Assembly (NCBI GenBank): GCA_038867615.1
Contig: JAWBYA010000001.1
Coordinates: 1 to 64,000, forward strand
DNA from: Sulfolobales archaeon
GTDB lineage: Archaea > Thermoproteota > Thermoprotei_A > Sulfolobales > AG1
DNA: 64,000 nt
Direction of reading: 5' to 3'
In this document: piece after piece, positions 50,094-60,393 of the stretch
How positions within the stretch are numbered: the first letter of the stretch is position 1
Layout: every line of letters starts with the position of its first letter
Translations under genes and position numbers: made by a program
The notes under the pieces: model-generated
What the model saw: the letters and a program-made list of their open reading frames with translations, nothing else
Told to the model about the DNA's origin: nothing
Databases searched by the model: none

Positions 50094-51743
50094 GCCGTAG
50101 CTAACTGTTTCGGATTTCATGAAGGTTTGTATGGGTTGATATCAGTTACGGTTAAGAGAGTTTGCTGGGATCTGGAGAGATATGGGAGGCTGGAGATCGG
50201 TTGGGTTTGGTAGTGGTTGGGAGGGCTGTATGTCTGTGGAGGGTAGTAGATAGAGGTTTGGGGGGAGATGTTGGGAAGATATAGGTATTGCTAAAAAGAG
50301 TAGCCTGGACAAGTATTTAGGTATAGAATAGGATCTATTGAGGTGTGGAAGCCAGCTAAGCCCTGTATTGTGGGTTGGGAGTAACATAAATATAAGGGGT
50401 TATTATTAATTGAGCAGAGGCCATGGAAAACACGCTAAAGACTCGCGAGGTTGTTAGGACATATAGTGTGCTAATAAGTGATGATAGGGTTGGGGATCTG
50501 ATCACATGGTATACTGAGATGCTCCAGAGAACAATAGAAAAAAATATGGAATAACATTATATGGAAGTACAAATTCCCAGAGATAGTTAAAAAAGAGAAA
50601 AGAATCAGAGTAAAGATCGGGGGGAAGATCAGGGTTCCAAAAATACCTAGCGACAAGAACTTTAAGAAGAACCTCAGGGATTCCCTATTAACACAATGCC
50701 CTTATGCTAGGCACTGGGTTGATAGCTTGATTAGAACAGCATACTCTATAATCAATTCATGGAGGAAGAGATATCTAAAAGGAAAGGCTAGGAAGACGAT
50801 GCCTAGGATTAGGAGGAGGTTTGCTAGATGCAAAATAACACTAATGAGAATAGATTATGAGAGAAGAATAATAAGAGTAACTCTAAAGCCTGGTGAGTAT
50901 CTAGAGATCTCGTGGGCTAACAGGTGGTTTATCAACAGGGTTAGAGATTGGAATGTTGGAGAGATCATTATAAAGGATAACAGGATCCTAATACCATTCA
51001 AGAAGAACGAGGTAGAGATAATAGAGGATCTTGTTGCATGGGACTCTAACGAGCTTTCGCTAGATGGATACTCACCTAGCAGGGGCTTTATAAAAGTCGA
51101 TCTGAGATATCTGCAGAGTATAAAGATAGTCTATGAGGGGAAGAAGGCAAAAGCACAGTCGCTCGGGAAGAGAGAGCTTTTTGAGAAATACTCTAGGAGG
51201 GAGAGGAATAAGGAGAAGGACTTCATAAACAAGCTAGCAAAACAAATAACAATACTATTCCCAAAAGCATTTACATATACTAGAGGATCTTGAGAAAGAG
51301 GATATGGTGAGGAGAGGAGAGGTTGATAAGGCTAGGAGGAAGAGAAACTCAAGAACACCATGGAAACAGATACACAGAAAACTCTCAGAAAAAGCATTCA
51401 TAGCAAAAATATCTCCCAAGAATACCTCTAGAACCTGCCCACAATGCGGGTATATAGTAAAGACCCAAGTGGGCAGGATATTCAAATGTAAGAAATGCGG
51501 CTTCAAACTAGATAGGCAGAAACTAGCATCAATAAACATATATCTAAAATACACCAGGATGTGGGGGTTTCCCCACAGCTATGAGCCTGAGATATCCTAT
51601 GAAGGGGAGCTGTGGGTCGGGGTCACCCTGAACGGGTGGAGGCCGAGGATAAGGGCCCCAATGATAGAGGCCCTGAGGCCTATGAAACCAAGGGAAGAGC
51701 GGTTGATATCGCTCGACATCAACCGCTATGAAACCCGAACCCC
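50094..51743 (+). mobile_element. Family-1 full-length element (copy G) in the psmB-rps7 divergent region
   Basis: Same ends as copy C; about 90 bp longer leader. Confidence 0.9.
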
Positions 51744-51747
51744 TTAA
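50423..51747 (+). pseudogene. tnpB: Frameshifted family-1 tnpB
   Basis: Closely matches 11373-12746; +1 frameshifts at the A7 run near 50540 and near 51270; also LDRQK. Confidence 0.9.
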
Positions 51748-51775
51748 CCTTAAAAGACTGTTTAACTACATAACT

Positions 51776-52396
51776 GTGGGTCTTGTGGTGACAAGCGAGG
51801 CCGTGGATCTGTCCGAGAGTGTTGTCTCGATCACAGATATAAAGCTGTTTAATAAGTGGAGCTATGTTGGCATAGACGTAAGGGATCCGAGCCTGAAGAA
51901 ATACATATCCCTCAAGCCAGTATTCCTCCCCCATACAGGGGGTAGGCATGAGCATAGAAGGTTTGGTAAAGCCAGGGTCCCTATAGTGGAGAGACTTATA
52001 AACAACCTCATGAGGAGAGGAAGGAATATCGGGAAAAAGGTATTAGCATATAACATTGTTAAGAACGCCTTCGAAATAATACATCTAAGAACAGGTGAAA
52101 ACCCACTACAGATCCTGGTGAGAGCTATAGAGAATGCCGCACCAAGGGAGGAGACCACAAGGATCATGTACGGAGGAATAGTATACCACGTTGCAGTAGA
52201 CATAGCACCAATGAGGAGAGTCGATCTAGCCTTAAGACATATAGTAGAAGGAGCAAGGCTCTGCGCCTTCAAGAGCGTAAGGCCAATAGAGGAATGCCTA
52301 GCAGAAGAGATAATAGCAGCAGCATCCAACGATCCCAAAAGCCACGCAATAGCTAGGAAAGATGAGATAGAAAGAATAGCACTCAGCTCTAGGTAG
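51776..52396 (+). CDS. rps7: 30S ribosomal protein S7 (uS7)
   Basis: 'KLFNKWS', 'PHTGGRH', 'ENAAPREE', 'ERIALSSR'; start GTG inferred from the TATA-like box at about 51749. Confidence 0.96.
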   Translation: MGLVVTSEAVDLSESVVSITDIKLFNKWSYVGIDVRDPSLKKYISLKPVFLPHTGGRHEHRRFGKARVPIVERLINNLMRRGRNIGKKVLAYNIVKNAFEIIHLRTGENPLQILVRAIENAAPREETTRIMYGGIVYHVAVDIAPMRRVDLALRHIVEGARLCAFKSVRPIEECLAEEIIAAASNDPKSHAIARKDEIERIALSSR

Positions 52397-52588
52397 GCAT
52401 ACACATCTTTTCCTCTGCCTATCCAAAACCCAGGCTTGGAGACCGTTTCTTATTCATTCTTCATAGCGATTATGGGTATTGCTATACTGGGGTATCACGC
52501 CGGTGTTAGTAATAGCCCTAAATACGGTGGAATTGCTTCTGCTAATACTCTTATAAAAGATCTGTTATTGAGAGGCTCTGTGTTGATG

Positions 52589-52665
52589 TGGTGGGCCCGG
52601 GGGGATTTGAACCCCCGACCCCCCGGTTATCAGCCGGGTGCTCCACCAGGCTGAGCTACGGGCCC
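52589..52665 (-). tRNA. tRNA-Ile (GAU), intron-less, CCA encoded
   Basis: GGGCCCGTAGCTCAGCCTGGTGGAGCACCCGGCT-GAT-AACCGGGGGGTCGGGGGTTCAAATCCCCCCGGGCCCACCA. Confidence 0.96.
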
Positions 52666-52791
52666 ACCATTTATCTTTATATTCCAAGCCCTATAACTTT
52701 CAACACTGTAGATCTATATGTGCGGTCTTAAAGCTAGATACTCGTGTGCCCTGATATAACTCGCACTAGACATATCTATCGATGATTATTG

Positions 52792-53138
52792 GGGGTTCAA
52801 GCCTCATATAGGTTGATCAAAGTATCAACAGCGCTTCTCATTGTTTCACAGGCCTCGGGGCCATCTGTCATTGAGGCCCTTATCCTTGGTATCCGCCGTT
52901 AGGGGTTGCACCATCCCAACTACATTTACCGTTTTGCCCTGGTTATTGCTTAGGAAGCACTATATCCGTGTTCTCTTTATCCACCCCGCTATCTACACGC
53001 CCCTCGGGTCTTTATAGCTACCCATTGTTAGACTGATATCCCCATAGAATAATAGAGCCATGCTATGTTCCCACAGAACTACATACTTAGTATTATTCCT
53101 TGTAAACACTCTTGAAACTCGAAGCAATTGGCTATAGC
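52792..53138 (-). mobile_element. Degenerate family-1 MITE (copy I)
   Basis: Plus strand GGGGTTCAAGCCTCATATAGGTTGATC..ATCAACAGCGCTTC (right end) and TAAACACTCTTGAAACTCGAAGCAATTGGCTATAGC (left end). Confidence 0.72.
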
Positions 53139-53208
53139 CTTGCCCCAGTGTTTTCGCTATGGACTGGATTCTTTTTATCCCCGAAAATCATTATCTCTGG
53201 GAATCCTT

Positions 53209-55440
53209 ATGGGTAGGGCTGGACAGAGACAAGCCAAGCCATCGGAGACTGTGCAGAAGACCCCGCAGGTTGTGATCCCAAGGATTGTTAGGATCTCTGG
53301 CTATGTTGTTCTCGCAGCAACGATTATGATCGCTGTGTATCTCCGCATCCTCCCATATATCAATACAATTAGCTATGGCTATCCCCCATATCTGGATGAG
53401 CTGGATCCCTATGAAGCGTACTATGTTGTGAGTTATATGCTTCAACATGGACCCCTATCATATTTCGATCTAAGGCCTCCCAACCCGGCTACAATGATCT
53501 TCTGGTATCCGTGGGGAAGGGATTTCCTGACAACAGAGCTTCCGGGCTTGATGTATACGATCTATCTCACATACCTGCCTCTAAAGCTCTTCGGCGTTGA
53601 TCTCATGACATATATGGTTCTCTTCCCCGCGATAGCTACGGCGATCGCTTTGATCGGGATCTATCTCGTCTCGAAAGAGATCTCTGGGAGCATGTTGGCA
53701 GCGATAGTCTCGACAGCGTTCTTTGCATTCCTCTTCACGGATAGAACGCTTGCTGGCTTTACTGTTAAGTATACTATGGCTTTAATGCTACTCCCATACG
53801 GGATCTATACATTTGTAAGGGCGTATAAATCGTTCAAGCCTCTTGACTTCCTCATCCATGGTCTTGTAGTAGCCTATATGGCTGCATCCTCTGGTCTCTA
53901 TATAGGTGTGCTCGCTGTCTCATCCCTCGTTATGATCCTATACCCCTTTGTGGCTAGGAATGTGGATCCTGCTAAGATCATGATAAACACTGCATTGATC
54001 ATGATCCCTCCGTTGATCGTATTTGTATCATACCCCCTGTACGGGGTATCCTATGTATATAAAAGCATTGGCGGGATCACGATACTCACCCTAGCCCTAA
54101 TAGCTGTGAGATACTATCTCATACCAATGGTGGCTAGGAAGAATGCGAATATTATCTATCTAGGGATCCTTGTGCTAACCGTAGTAACAGGTCTAGTCCT
54201 GGTGGCTGTGGGTCATCTTGTTGGTGGAAAGGCTGCCCAGGCTCTCGGGATAACCCATATCCTTGGTACGCTCTCATTCACGATAGCTGAGTATCAGCCG
54301 ACAAACCCGAGCTTTCTCATGAGTTATTACGGGGTTCTCATTATAGTGGCTATCCTCTCAGTGCTATACAGTATCTATCTCATCATTGCGAAGAGGGATC
54401 TCATAGCACTCTATGTTGCGGTGCTCGGTATCTCAACACTATATGTTCTTGAGAATCTAAGCTATTTCGTGTCTTTCGCAGCCCTTGTGATGAGCATAAT
54501 GGCGTCATACTTTATAGGGCTTCTATCATCCACCATATCCTCAAGGCTTTTTGCTGCGAGGAGAAGGAGGTCTTCATCAATAGCTCCAATAATATCCATA
54601 GTTCTTCTAGTAACGCTGATACCGGCTCAGGGTTATATTTCATATTCGTATCATATAAATGCTTATAAGAACCACCTACCAATGGTGCTTACATCAGGTA
54701 TAGGTCTTGCATCTCCAAACACGGCATGGCTCGATGCTCTTGAATGGATGAGGGAGAATACTTCTAAGGATTCTGTGATTGTCTCGTGGTGGGATTATGG
54801 CTACTGGATCTCTGTGCTTGGTCAGAGGGCTTCTGTCGCTGATGGTGCTACTATCAATGGTACCCAGATAGAGCTCTTGGCAAAAATGTTCACTTCTAGG
54901 GAGGATGAGGCTGCCAGGATCCTTGTCCAGAACTTCAAAGCAGTACCTGGGAAAACATATGTTCTTGTATACGATACCTTTGTATCTGCGCAAGGTTCTG
55001 TCTATCCTCTGGTCAATGCAGATGCTGCTAAGGCTATCTCAGCTATTCTTAGGATAGCCGGCTATGATATAGATGCCGATATATATGGTAACAATCCTAG
55101 AGAGCCTAGCTATATTGGTAGCGGGCCTCAGAAGTATGTTAAGGTTGTTAACCTTGGGCAGCAGATAAAGCTGAGGCCCAACTGGGAGTCGCCGTCTCTA
55201 CAGAATATGCTGCTCTTCAGAATAATGATCAACGGTGTCTATACAGCATTCCCAGGATCTGTGTTCTACTCAGACCAGCCGGGTGCTGGAGGCACCTTTG
55301 TAGATCCAGCGGGTAAGGGTAACATGACGTACTTCAAACCAGCAGCTATATTTAAGAGTGCGGCGGTATCGATACCGGGTGCGTATGATATATATGTGAT
55401 AGTATTTATATACCAGCTGGTTGGAGCGCCTGGGGCATAG
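53209..55440 (+). CDS. aglB: Oligosaccharyltransferase AglB/STT3
   Basis: 'ELDPY', 'YPWGR', 'TIAE', 'SWWDYG', multi-TM; the ORF-track start at 53128 lies in MITE I. Confidence 0.93.
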   Translation: MGRAGQRQAKPSETVQKTPQVVIPRIVRISGYVVLAATIMIAVYLRILPYINTISYGYPPYLDELDPYEAYYVVSYMLQHGPLSYFDLRPPNPATMIFWYPWGRDFLTTELPGLMYTIYLTYLPLKLFGVDLMTYMVLFPAIATAIALIGIYLVSKEISGSMLAAIVSTAFFAFLFTDRTLAGFTVKYTMALMLLPYGIYTFVRAYKSFKPLDFLIHGLVVAYMAASSGLYIGVLAVSSLVMILYPFVARNVDPAKIMINTALIMIPPLIVFVSYPLYGVSYVYKSIGGITILTLALIAVRYYLIPMVARKNANIIYLGILVLTVVTGLVLVAVGHLVGGKAAQALGITHILGTLSFTIAEYQPTNPSFLMSYYGVLIIVAILSVLYSIYLIIAKRDLIALYVAVLGISTLYVLENLSYFVSFAALVMSIMASYFIGLLSSTISSRLFAARRRRSSSIAPIISIVLLVTLIPAQGYISYSYHINAYKNHLPMVLTSGIGLASPNTAWLDALEWMRENTSKDSVIVSWWDYGYWISVLGQRASVADGATINGTQIELLAKMFTSREDEAARILVQNFKAVPGKTYVLVYDTFVSAQGSVYPLVNADAAKAISAILRIAGYDIDADIYGNNPREPSYIGSGPQKYVKVVNLGQQIKLRPNWESPSLQNMLLFRIMINGVYTAFPGSVFYSDQPGAGGTFVDPAGKGNMTYFKPAAIFKSAAVSIPGAYDIYVIVFIYQLVGAPGA

Positions 55441-55479
55441 GAACGCCACTGGTTTTATATGGCTTAGAATGATCTATGG

Positions 55480-56148
55480 GTGTTTTATTGGCGGTGTCTC
55501 TTTTTATCCCTTCGTAGTACGCTGGATAACAACTGGTCATGTGGGCTATATCTTTTATCTATATTTATGGCAAGCCATATGCTGGGTATTTGCTTGAGCA
55601 CTGCGCAGGAGCAGGTTACCCCAAATACTGGTAGTGCCAGCAGTGAACAGGGTGGTCAGGATCGGCAGGGTGTGGTTGGTAGCAATAATTCCTCCTTGAT
55701 TGTTGATGGTAGTGTGGGTGTGATAGATATTGTTGGTGTTATAGATAGGATCAATACTGATCTTAGGTCTATAAGCGATAGGGTTGAGGGTCTCGATAAT
55801 TCTCTGAAAAGTCTGAAGAGTAGTGTTGATGTGATCGCGGATATTAGGCGGGATATAGAGTCTCTGGGATCTGCTATACAGTCTATGAAGGGGTATGTCG
55901 AGTCTGTTAGGAAAGAAGCATCGATATCAAGGCTGATAGGCGTTGTGGGGGTTTGGAAGCTAGCTCTATGCCTGAATAATAAGTCTGGCGTGTGCTATGC
56001 TTGGAGGCTTGGTGAGAATATACATGAGATAACAGCTATATATGGAGACCAGGTTGTTGTCGAGGTTGATGGTGTTAAGAGAGTAAGGGTGTCTATGGCG
56101 TACCACCTATGCGGTATATGTCCTCTATTTAGGCCCAGAGCACCATGA
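55480..56148 (+). CDS. Hypothetical coiled-coil protein with C-terminal Cys cluster
   Basis: Heptad-like segment then 'C...C...CGICP'; true start probably about 55567-55595. Confidence 0.6.
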   Translation: MFYWRCLFLSLRSTLDNNWSCGLYLLSIFMASHMLGICLSTAQEQVTPNTGSASSEQGGQDRQGVVGSNNSSLIVDGSVGVIDIVGVIDRINTDLRSISDRVEGLDNSLKSLKSSVDVIADIRRDIESLGSAIQSMKGYVESVRKEASISRLIGVVGVWKLALCLNNKSGVCYAWRLGENIHEITAIYGDQVVVEVDGVKRVRVSMAYHLCGICPLFRPRAP

Positions 56149-56192
56149 TCTACTAGTAACCCAACCCGATCTTTTTCTAACGATGGGAAAGG

Positions 56193-56867
56193 CTATGTAG
56201 CTCTATCCCCGCTATTGATAATCTCTCTAGCTTTTTTCAAGGCATGCTCCCTCTCTATACAGCCCTTACACTTACCACAAGGAGACGGCCTGTTATCATA
56301 ACAGCTCCAGCTCCTCTCAATAGGAGCCCCGATCCCTAGTCCCAGGGCTGTAACCTCAACCTTGTTTAGGGGTAATAGGGGTGAGCAGATCCTTATCCCC
56401 GGGACATAGTATCTAGCTATCTTCGCGATATCCTCTAAGAAAGCCTGGGACACGTCTGGAAGGCGTTGGGAATCATCACCATTATGGGCAGTCAATATAG
56501 CACATGCACCGTGGATCTCAGCTATATAGAGGGCATATCCAAAGAATATCACGTTCCTCGCAGGCACATAGTAAGGCTCCCTACCGGTCATAGCACTATA
56601 TCCAAGCCCAACGAGCTCCACAGCCTCCATAAGATCCCTAGCATCTACCTCATAGAAAGCCTCAACACCCTTTATAGCCGAGAGCATATCCCTAAGCGCC
56701 TCCCTCTCCCTAGGAGCCCTACTCCTAGTATTTATACTGAGAGCGATAATCCTAGCACCATAGATCTCAAGAAGCCTTAAAAGAACAGCAGTATCAAGAC
56801 CCCCAGAAGCAAGAACAACAACCCTCCTACACAAACCCCCTCCAAGACAATCATCAACACTCCTCAA
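56193..56867 (-). CDS. queC: 7-cyano-7-deazaguanine synthase
   Basis: PP-loop 'SGGLDT', 'YVPARN', 'WSCY...PCGKC.GC'; start uncertain (ORF open to 56969). Confidence 0.88.
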   Translation of the reverse strand: MRSVDDCLGGGLCRRVVVLASGGLDTAVLLRLLEIYGARIIALSINTRSRAPREREALRDMLSAIKGVEAFYEVDARDLMEAVELVGLGYSAMTGREPYYVPARNVIFFGYALYIAEIHGACAILTAHNGDDSQRLPDVSQAFLEDIAKIARYYVPGIRICSPLLPLNKVEVTALGLGIGAPIERSWSCYDNRPSPCGKCKGCIEREHALKKAREIINSGDRAT

Positions 56868-57318
56868 AGCCCTATCAAAAAAGCGACCCAGAAAACCCGT
56901 ATTACCAACCGCGAACCTCGACGCTAGCAACCCCAGCCCAACTAAATACAGCCAGAAAGCTAATATCAAAAAGAAAAACCTTGTATAACATCACCACACA
57001 TGCTTTGATTGCTCAATATTATATGAGAATGTATACATTGGATCTGGCAGAAATCCCATTTCAGCCCCAATCTAACACGTTCTACAGAACCTAACTCGGA
57101 TGGGATCCCACGATTATGCTGTCCAAGCGTATGCTTATATATCTTCAGTTTAGATTAATCTGCCTTCTTTCGGAATTATTGAATCATTGCTGATCCTCTT
57201 TCTCCTTCTACTTAGACTCATTAAACAAACTGGTTGAGATATCCAGCATCTAACCATAATTTTAATAATTTTCTGGATAATATTATTAGGCAAATAAAGG
57301 GGTTATGAGGGTTGAATA

Positions 57319-60300
57319 TTGAGTAGAGTATCAAGTATAGAAAAAGATAGGCGTTTAATTGAAGAATCCCTCCCGTTGAGCGAGATCAGCCTTGATACTA
57401 TTATCGAGGTCGGTTTTAAAGGGCTTGAAAAAGGAAAAAGACAAGAATATTTAAAGGTCTTTAAGATTAAGCCAATGGTTAGAGGTCCAAGGATTCGGAA
57501 TCTTCATACGTGGTTTGCAAGAAGACCCTGCTCTCTGTCTCGCATGCTGACCTTAAGCTCTGTGGTAAGCTCGGAAACTACAAAGGATGTTTTGTTTAAC
57601 GCGCTAGGTGTTAAAGGACTTTCGATCGTTGCACATAAATACGGTTCTGGTCTTCTTTTCTATGCAAAGCCTGATAAAGATCTGGTAGAAAAAATCGTTA
57701 ACGAGAGTATGAAAAAGCCTCCGACCGAGGTCACGGTCTTAGATCCTATGGCAGGTGGAGGTAGCATCCCTCTAGAGTCTGCTCGGCTTGGTTTTCGAAC
57801 TATCGCTATGGAATATAATCCTGTCGCCTACCTCGTTCTAAAGGCAACTGTAGAGTTTCCGGCGAAATACGCTGATTCAGGACTATTCGAAGAGACCTTA
57901 AAGGCCTCTAGAGATTTTATTCGCAGAGCTCGTGAGGAGTTAAGTCGATATTATGGAGAGGATGTTGAAAACTATATCTTCGCTCGTGGGGTTAGATGTC
58001 CGTTCTGTAAGGGGCTTATCCCTATCCAGGGGATAGAGCCTGAGATAACTAAGGATTCAAGCTTTAAAAAGAGGTTTCTAAAAATAACCTATGACAAACA
58101 GAGAAAGACCTTTTCAACAGAGACAACGGATGAACCCATACGCTCCGCAACTATTGCTAAGCGTGGGAACTATATTATGTGTCCATACTGTGGTAAGTGG
58201 TTTCAGCTAAGAGGACGAACAGAGGGCGGGGCTACAGCGTTCGATAAATGGTTCCGGGATCACGCGCTTTTGATGGAAAACATAGTAGAGGGTTTTACAC
58301 CCATTACCACAGAGATCGAGGAAAGCGTATTCAACCTACATATACCGCTTGTAAAGCAGGTTGGCAACAGCTTTCAATCGGTCTGGGGTGATGAGGTTGA
58401 GAGAGGAAAGTTCCTCGATTCCTTATATACCCTCAGCAACGAGCTTCTAGATCTTCAGGACTATATTCCGCTCGATGAGATCCCTCCGGATAACGTGTGG
58501 GCGAGGACAGCAAGAAGCAAGGGCTTGACAAAGTGGTATATGCTATTCAATCCCAGACAGCTGCTAAGTATAGCTAAGCTTGCAAAGCTAGTAGCAGAAA
58601 CAGCGGAAAGTTTAGCCTCGAAGAACGGTGAGTTCGGCGCTGCCATAGCAACCTATCTAGCATTAGCCATAGACAAAATAGTAGATTATAACACAATAGC
58701 AACAATGTGGCATAAAAGTCGTGCGATAATTGCGCCTATGCTTAGGGGAGAGAGCACCCTTGACTTCAGAAAAGAGTACTGTGAAATAAAGCGTATAGAT
58801 AAAGCAATAACTTGGACTTTAGAGCCAGATATAGCTGAATCTTACGCTCTGACAAAAACTGCTGGGGGTGTTCTTCCAGTATTGAGATTCCTTTGCGACG
58901 AGTTCAGGGATGGGGATGCTAAAGGGCTGGTGAGAATCTATATGGGTGATGCGACCAGGCTTTCAAGTATTCTGGAGCCTAAGAGTGTGGATGTTATAAA
59001 TGTTGATCCTCCGTACTTTGAGCAGGTGATCTATAGTGATAGGAGTGAGTTCTTCTGGGTTATACTTCGTAGGGCTTTGGCTCCGGTTCTTGATCTGCTG
59101 TTTAGCCAGAATCTGAAGCTAACTGGTTGGACTTGGACTAAACCGACTGTTCCTAGGGAGAGGGAAGTTGTGGCTTATGATAAGGAGGATAGAGAGGGGA
59201 GGTTTAGCAAGCTATTTAAGGACTTCATAGCGGAGACCTCGAAAGTGTTGAGGGATGATGGGGTTTTAGTCCTATGGTTTACGCATCCAACGGCGCAGGC
59301 GTGGGGAGTGGTAAGTGAATCTCTATATGAAAGCGGCTACGTGGTTCCTAAGGTCTGGCCTGTTCAGACGGAGATGAGGACCCGTTATAAGAGGCATGTG
59401 AATGTCGTGGCGCAGGAGATGAGCCTTATCATAGTGGGGCGTAAATATCCTCGCCAGAAGCTCTTAGAGGTATCGCCCCACAATGTTAGAGAGAGTATTA
59501 TGGAGAACAGCCTGTTTAGGGAGACCGTTGAGAGGGTTGTTGAGGATACAAGAGAGGTTATAGCAGGGGTTAGCGCTTCTCCAGCTGATAGGGCAGCTCT
59601 TATGTTTGGGGCAGCGCTTAGTGTTGCATCAAGGTTCGAGCTTCCTGTAGGTGCTAAATTTACCGATCTCTATGATGCGGCTATAACTGCTGTGATGTCT
59701 AAGTATATAGAACCTCTGATCCGCAAGGTACTTGTAGAGACCGGCCCTGTAAAGCTGGATGAGAGCACTGCTCGAAGAGTAGTGGAGAAAGTAGCCCAGG
59801 CAATGCTCTGGGATCCGGCTACTCGCTCATACCTAACTCTATGGCTTATATCTCGTCTAGACTTGGCGACAGGAGAGATTTATAAAGAGCCATTAGGACT
59901 ATACTTCGATCTTGTCCAGACTGTGGGTAAGCTATGCGGCTTTGGTATAGAGAAGCTGAAAGAATATGGCCTTATAGCTGAGAAAGCTGCGAGGGAGGGG
60001 GAGAAGGCTTACTACCCACAGTTCCTAGAAATGCTATCCCTACCTGGTGGACGAACCCACCTGTATAAGTTAATGCAAGTAGCCCCAGGAAGAGCTGTGG
60101 TTCTGGCACAGATGAGCATGACGGAGAGCGGGGATCCAGCGCTTAGGGCTAAAAGTGTTAAAGCTAAGATAAGTGAATATGGTAAATACGATGAGAGAGA
60201 GCTCTCGCGCTATGCCTCTCTAGCGATAGTCTTGCTAGAAACGGCGCGTGACCAGGATCTCGGCTATAGGGTAGCTGATGGTACAAAGCTGACTAAATAT

Positions 60301-60381
60301 ATTCCAGGTATGGATGAAAGTGAAATTGCAAAGGTTGTAAGAGAATTAGCGATAAAAACTTTGACACATTTAGTCTTTTAG
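57319..60381 (+). CDS. DUF1156-type amino-DNA methyltransferase with Zn ribbon
   Basis: 'LHTWFARRP', motif I 'DPMAGGGS', CPFC..CPYC, motif IV 'DPPY'. Confidence 0.88.
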   Translation: MSRVSSIEKDRRLIEESLPLSEISLDTIIEVGFKGLEKGKRQEYLKVFKIKPMVRGPRIRNLHTWFARRPCSLSRMLTLSSVVSSETTKDVLFNALGVKGLSIVAHKYGSGLLFYAKPDKDLVEKIVNESMKKPPTEVTVLDPMAGGGSIPLESARLGFRTIAMEYNPVAYLVLKATVEFPAKYADSGLFEETLKASRDFIRRAREELSRYYGEDVENYIFARGVRCPFCKGLIPIQGIEPEITKDSSFKKRFLKITYDKQRKTFSTETTDEPIRSATIAKRGNYIMCPYCGKWFQLRGRTEGGATAFDKWFRDHALLMENIVEGFTPITTEIEESVFNLHIPLVKQVGNSFQSVWGDEVERGKFLDSLYTLSNELLDLQDYIPLDEIPPDNVWARTARSKGLTKWYMLFNPRQLLSIAKLAKLVAETAESLASKNGEFGAAIATYLALAIDKIVDYNTIATMWHKSRAIIAPMLRGESTLDFRKEYCEIKRIDKAITWTLEPDIAESYALTKTAGGVLPVLRFLCDEFRDGDAKGLVRIYMGDATRLSSILEPKSVDVINVDPPYFEQVIYSDRSEFFWVILRRALAPVLDLLFSQNLKLTGWTWTKPTVPREREVVAYDKEDREGRFSKLFKDFIAETSKVLRDDGVLVLWFTHPTAQAWGVVSESLYESGYVVPKVWPVQTEMRTRYKRHVNVVAQEMSLIIVGRKYPRQKLLEVSPHNVRESIMENSLFRETVERVVEDTREVIAGVSASPADRAALMFGAALSVASRFELPVGAKFTDLYDAAITAVMSKYIEPLIRKVLVETGPVKLDESTARRVVEKVAQAMLWDPATRSYLTLWLISRLDLATGEIYKEPLGLYFDLVQTVGKLCGFGIEKLKEYGLIAEKAAREGEKAYYPQFLEMLSLPGGRTHLYKLMQVAPGRAVVLAQMSMTESGDPALRAKSVKAKISEYGKYDERELSRYASLAIVLLETARDQDLGYRVADGTKLTKYIPGMDESEIAKVVRELAIKTLTHLVF

Positions 60382-60393
60382 AGAGGTGAAAAT

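Noticed and set aside
51728-51775. N-terminal extension of S7 from the ORF track
   Set aside because: The ATG lies in the element right end; in-frame by chance
55440-57000. Sharp local G/T vs C/A strand switch as an origin or terminus signal
   Set aside because: It follows gene orientation, similar short-range swings occur inside other genes, and it cannot be judged without a genome-wide skew plot
52589-57300. tRNA-Ile as the integration site of the terminal island
   Set aside because: Core genes (aglB, queC) lie between them; no integrase or duplicated tRNA end in the window
56193-57319. queC as part of the defence island (Dpd/Qat-like)
   Set aside because: Divergent orientation, standard QueC motifs and size, and a housekeeping role in archaeosine synthesis is sufficient; no dpd or qat partners in the window
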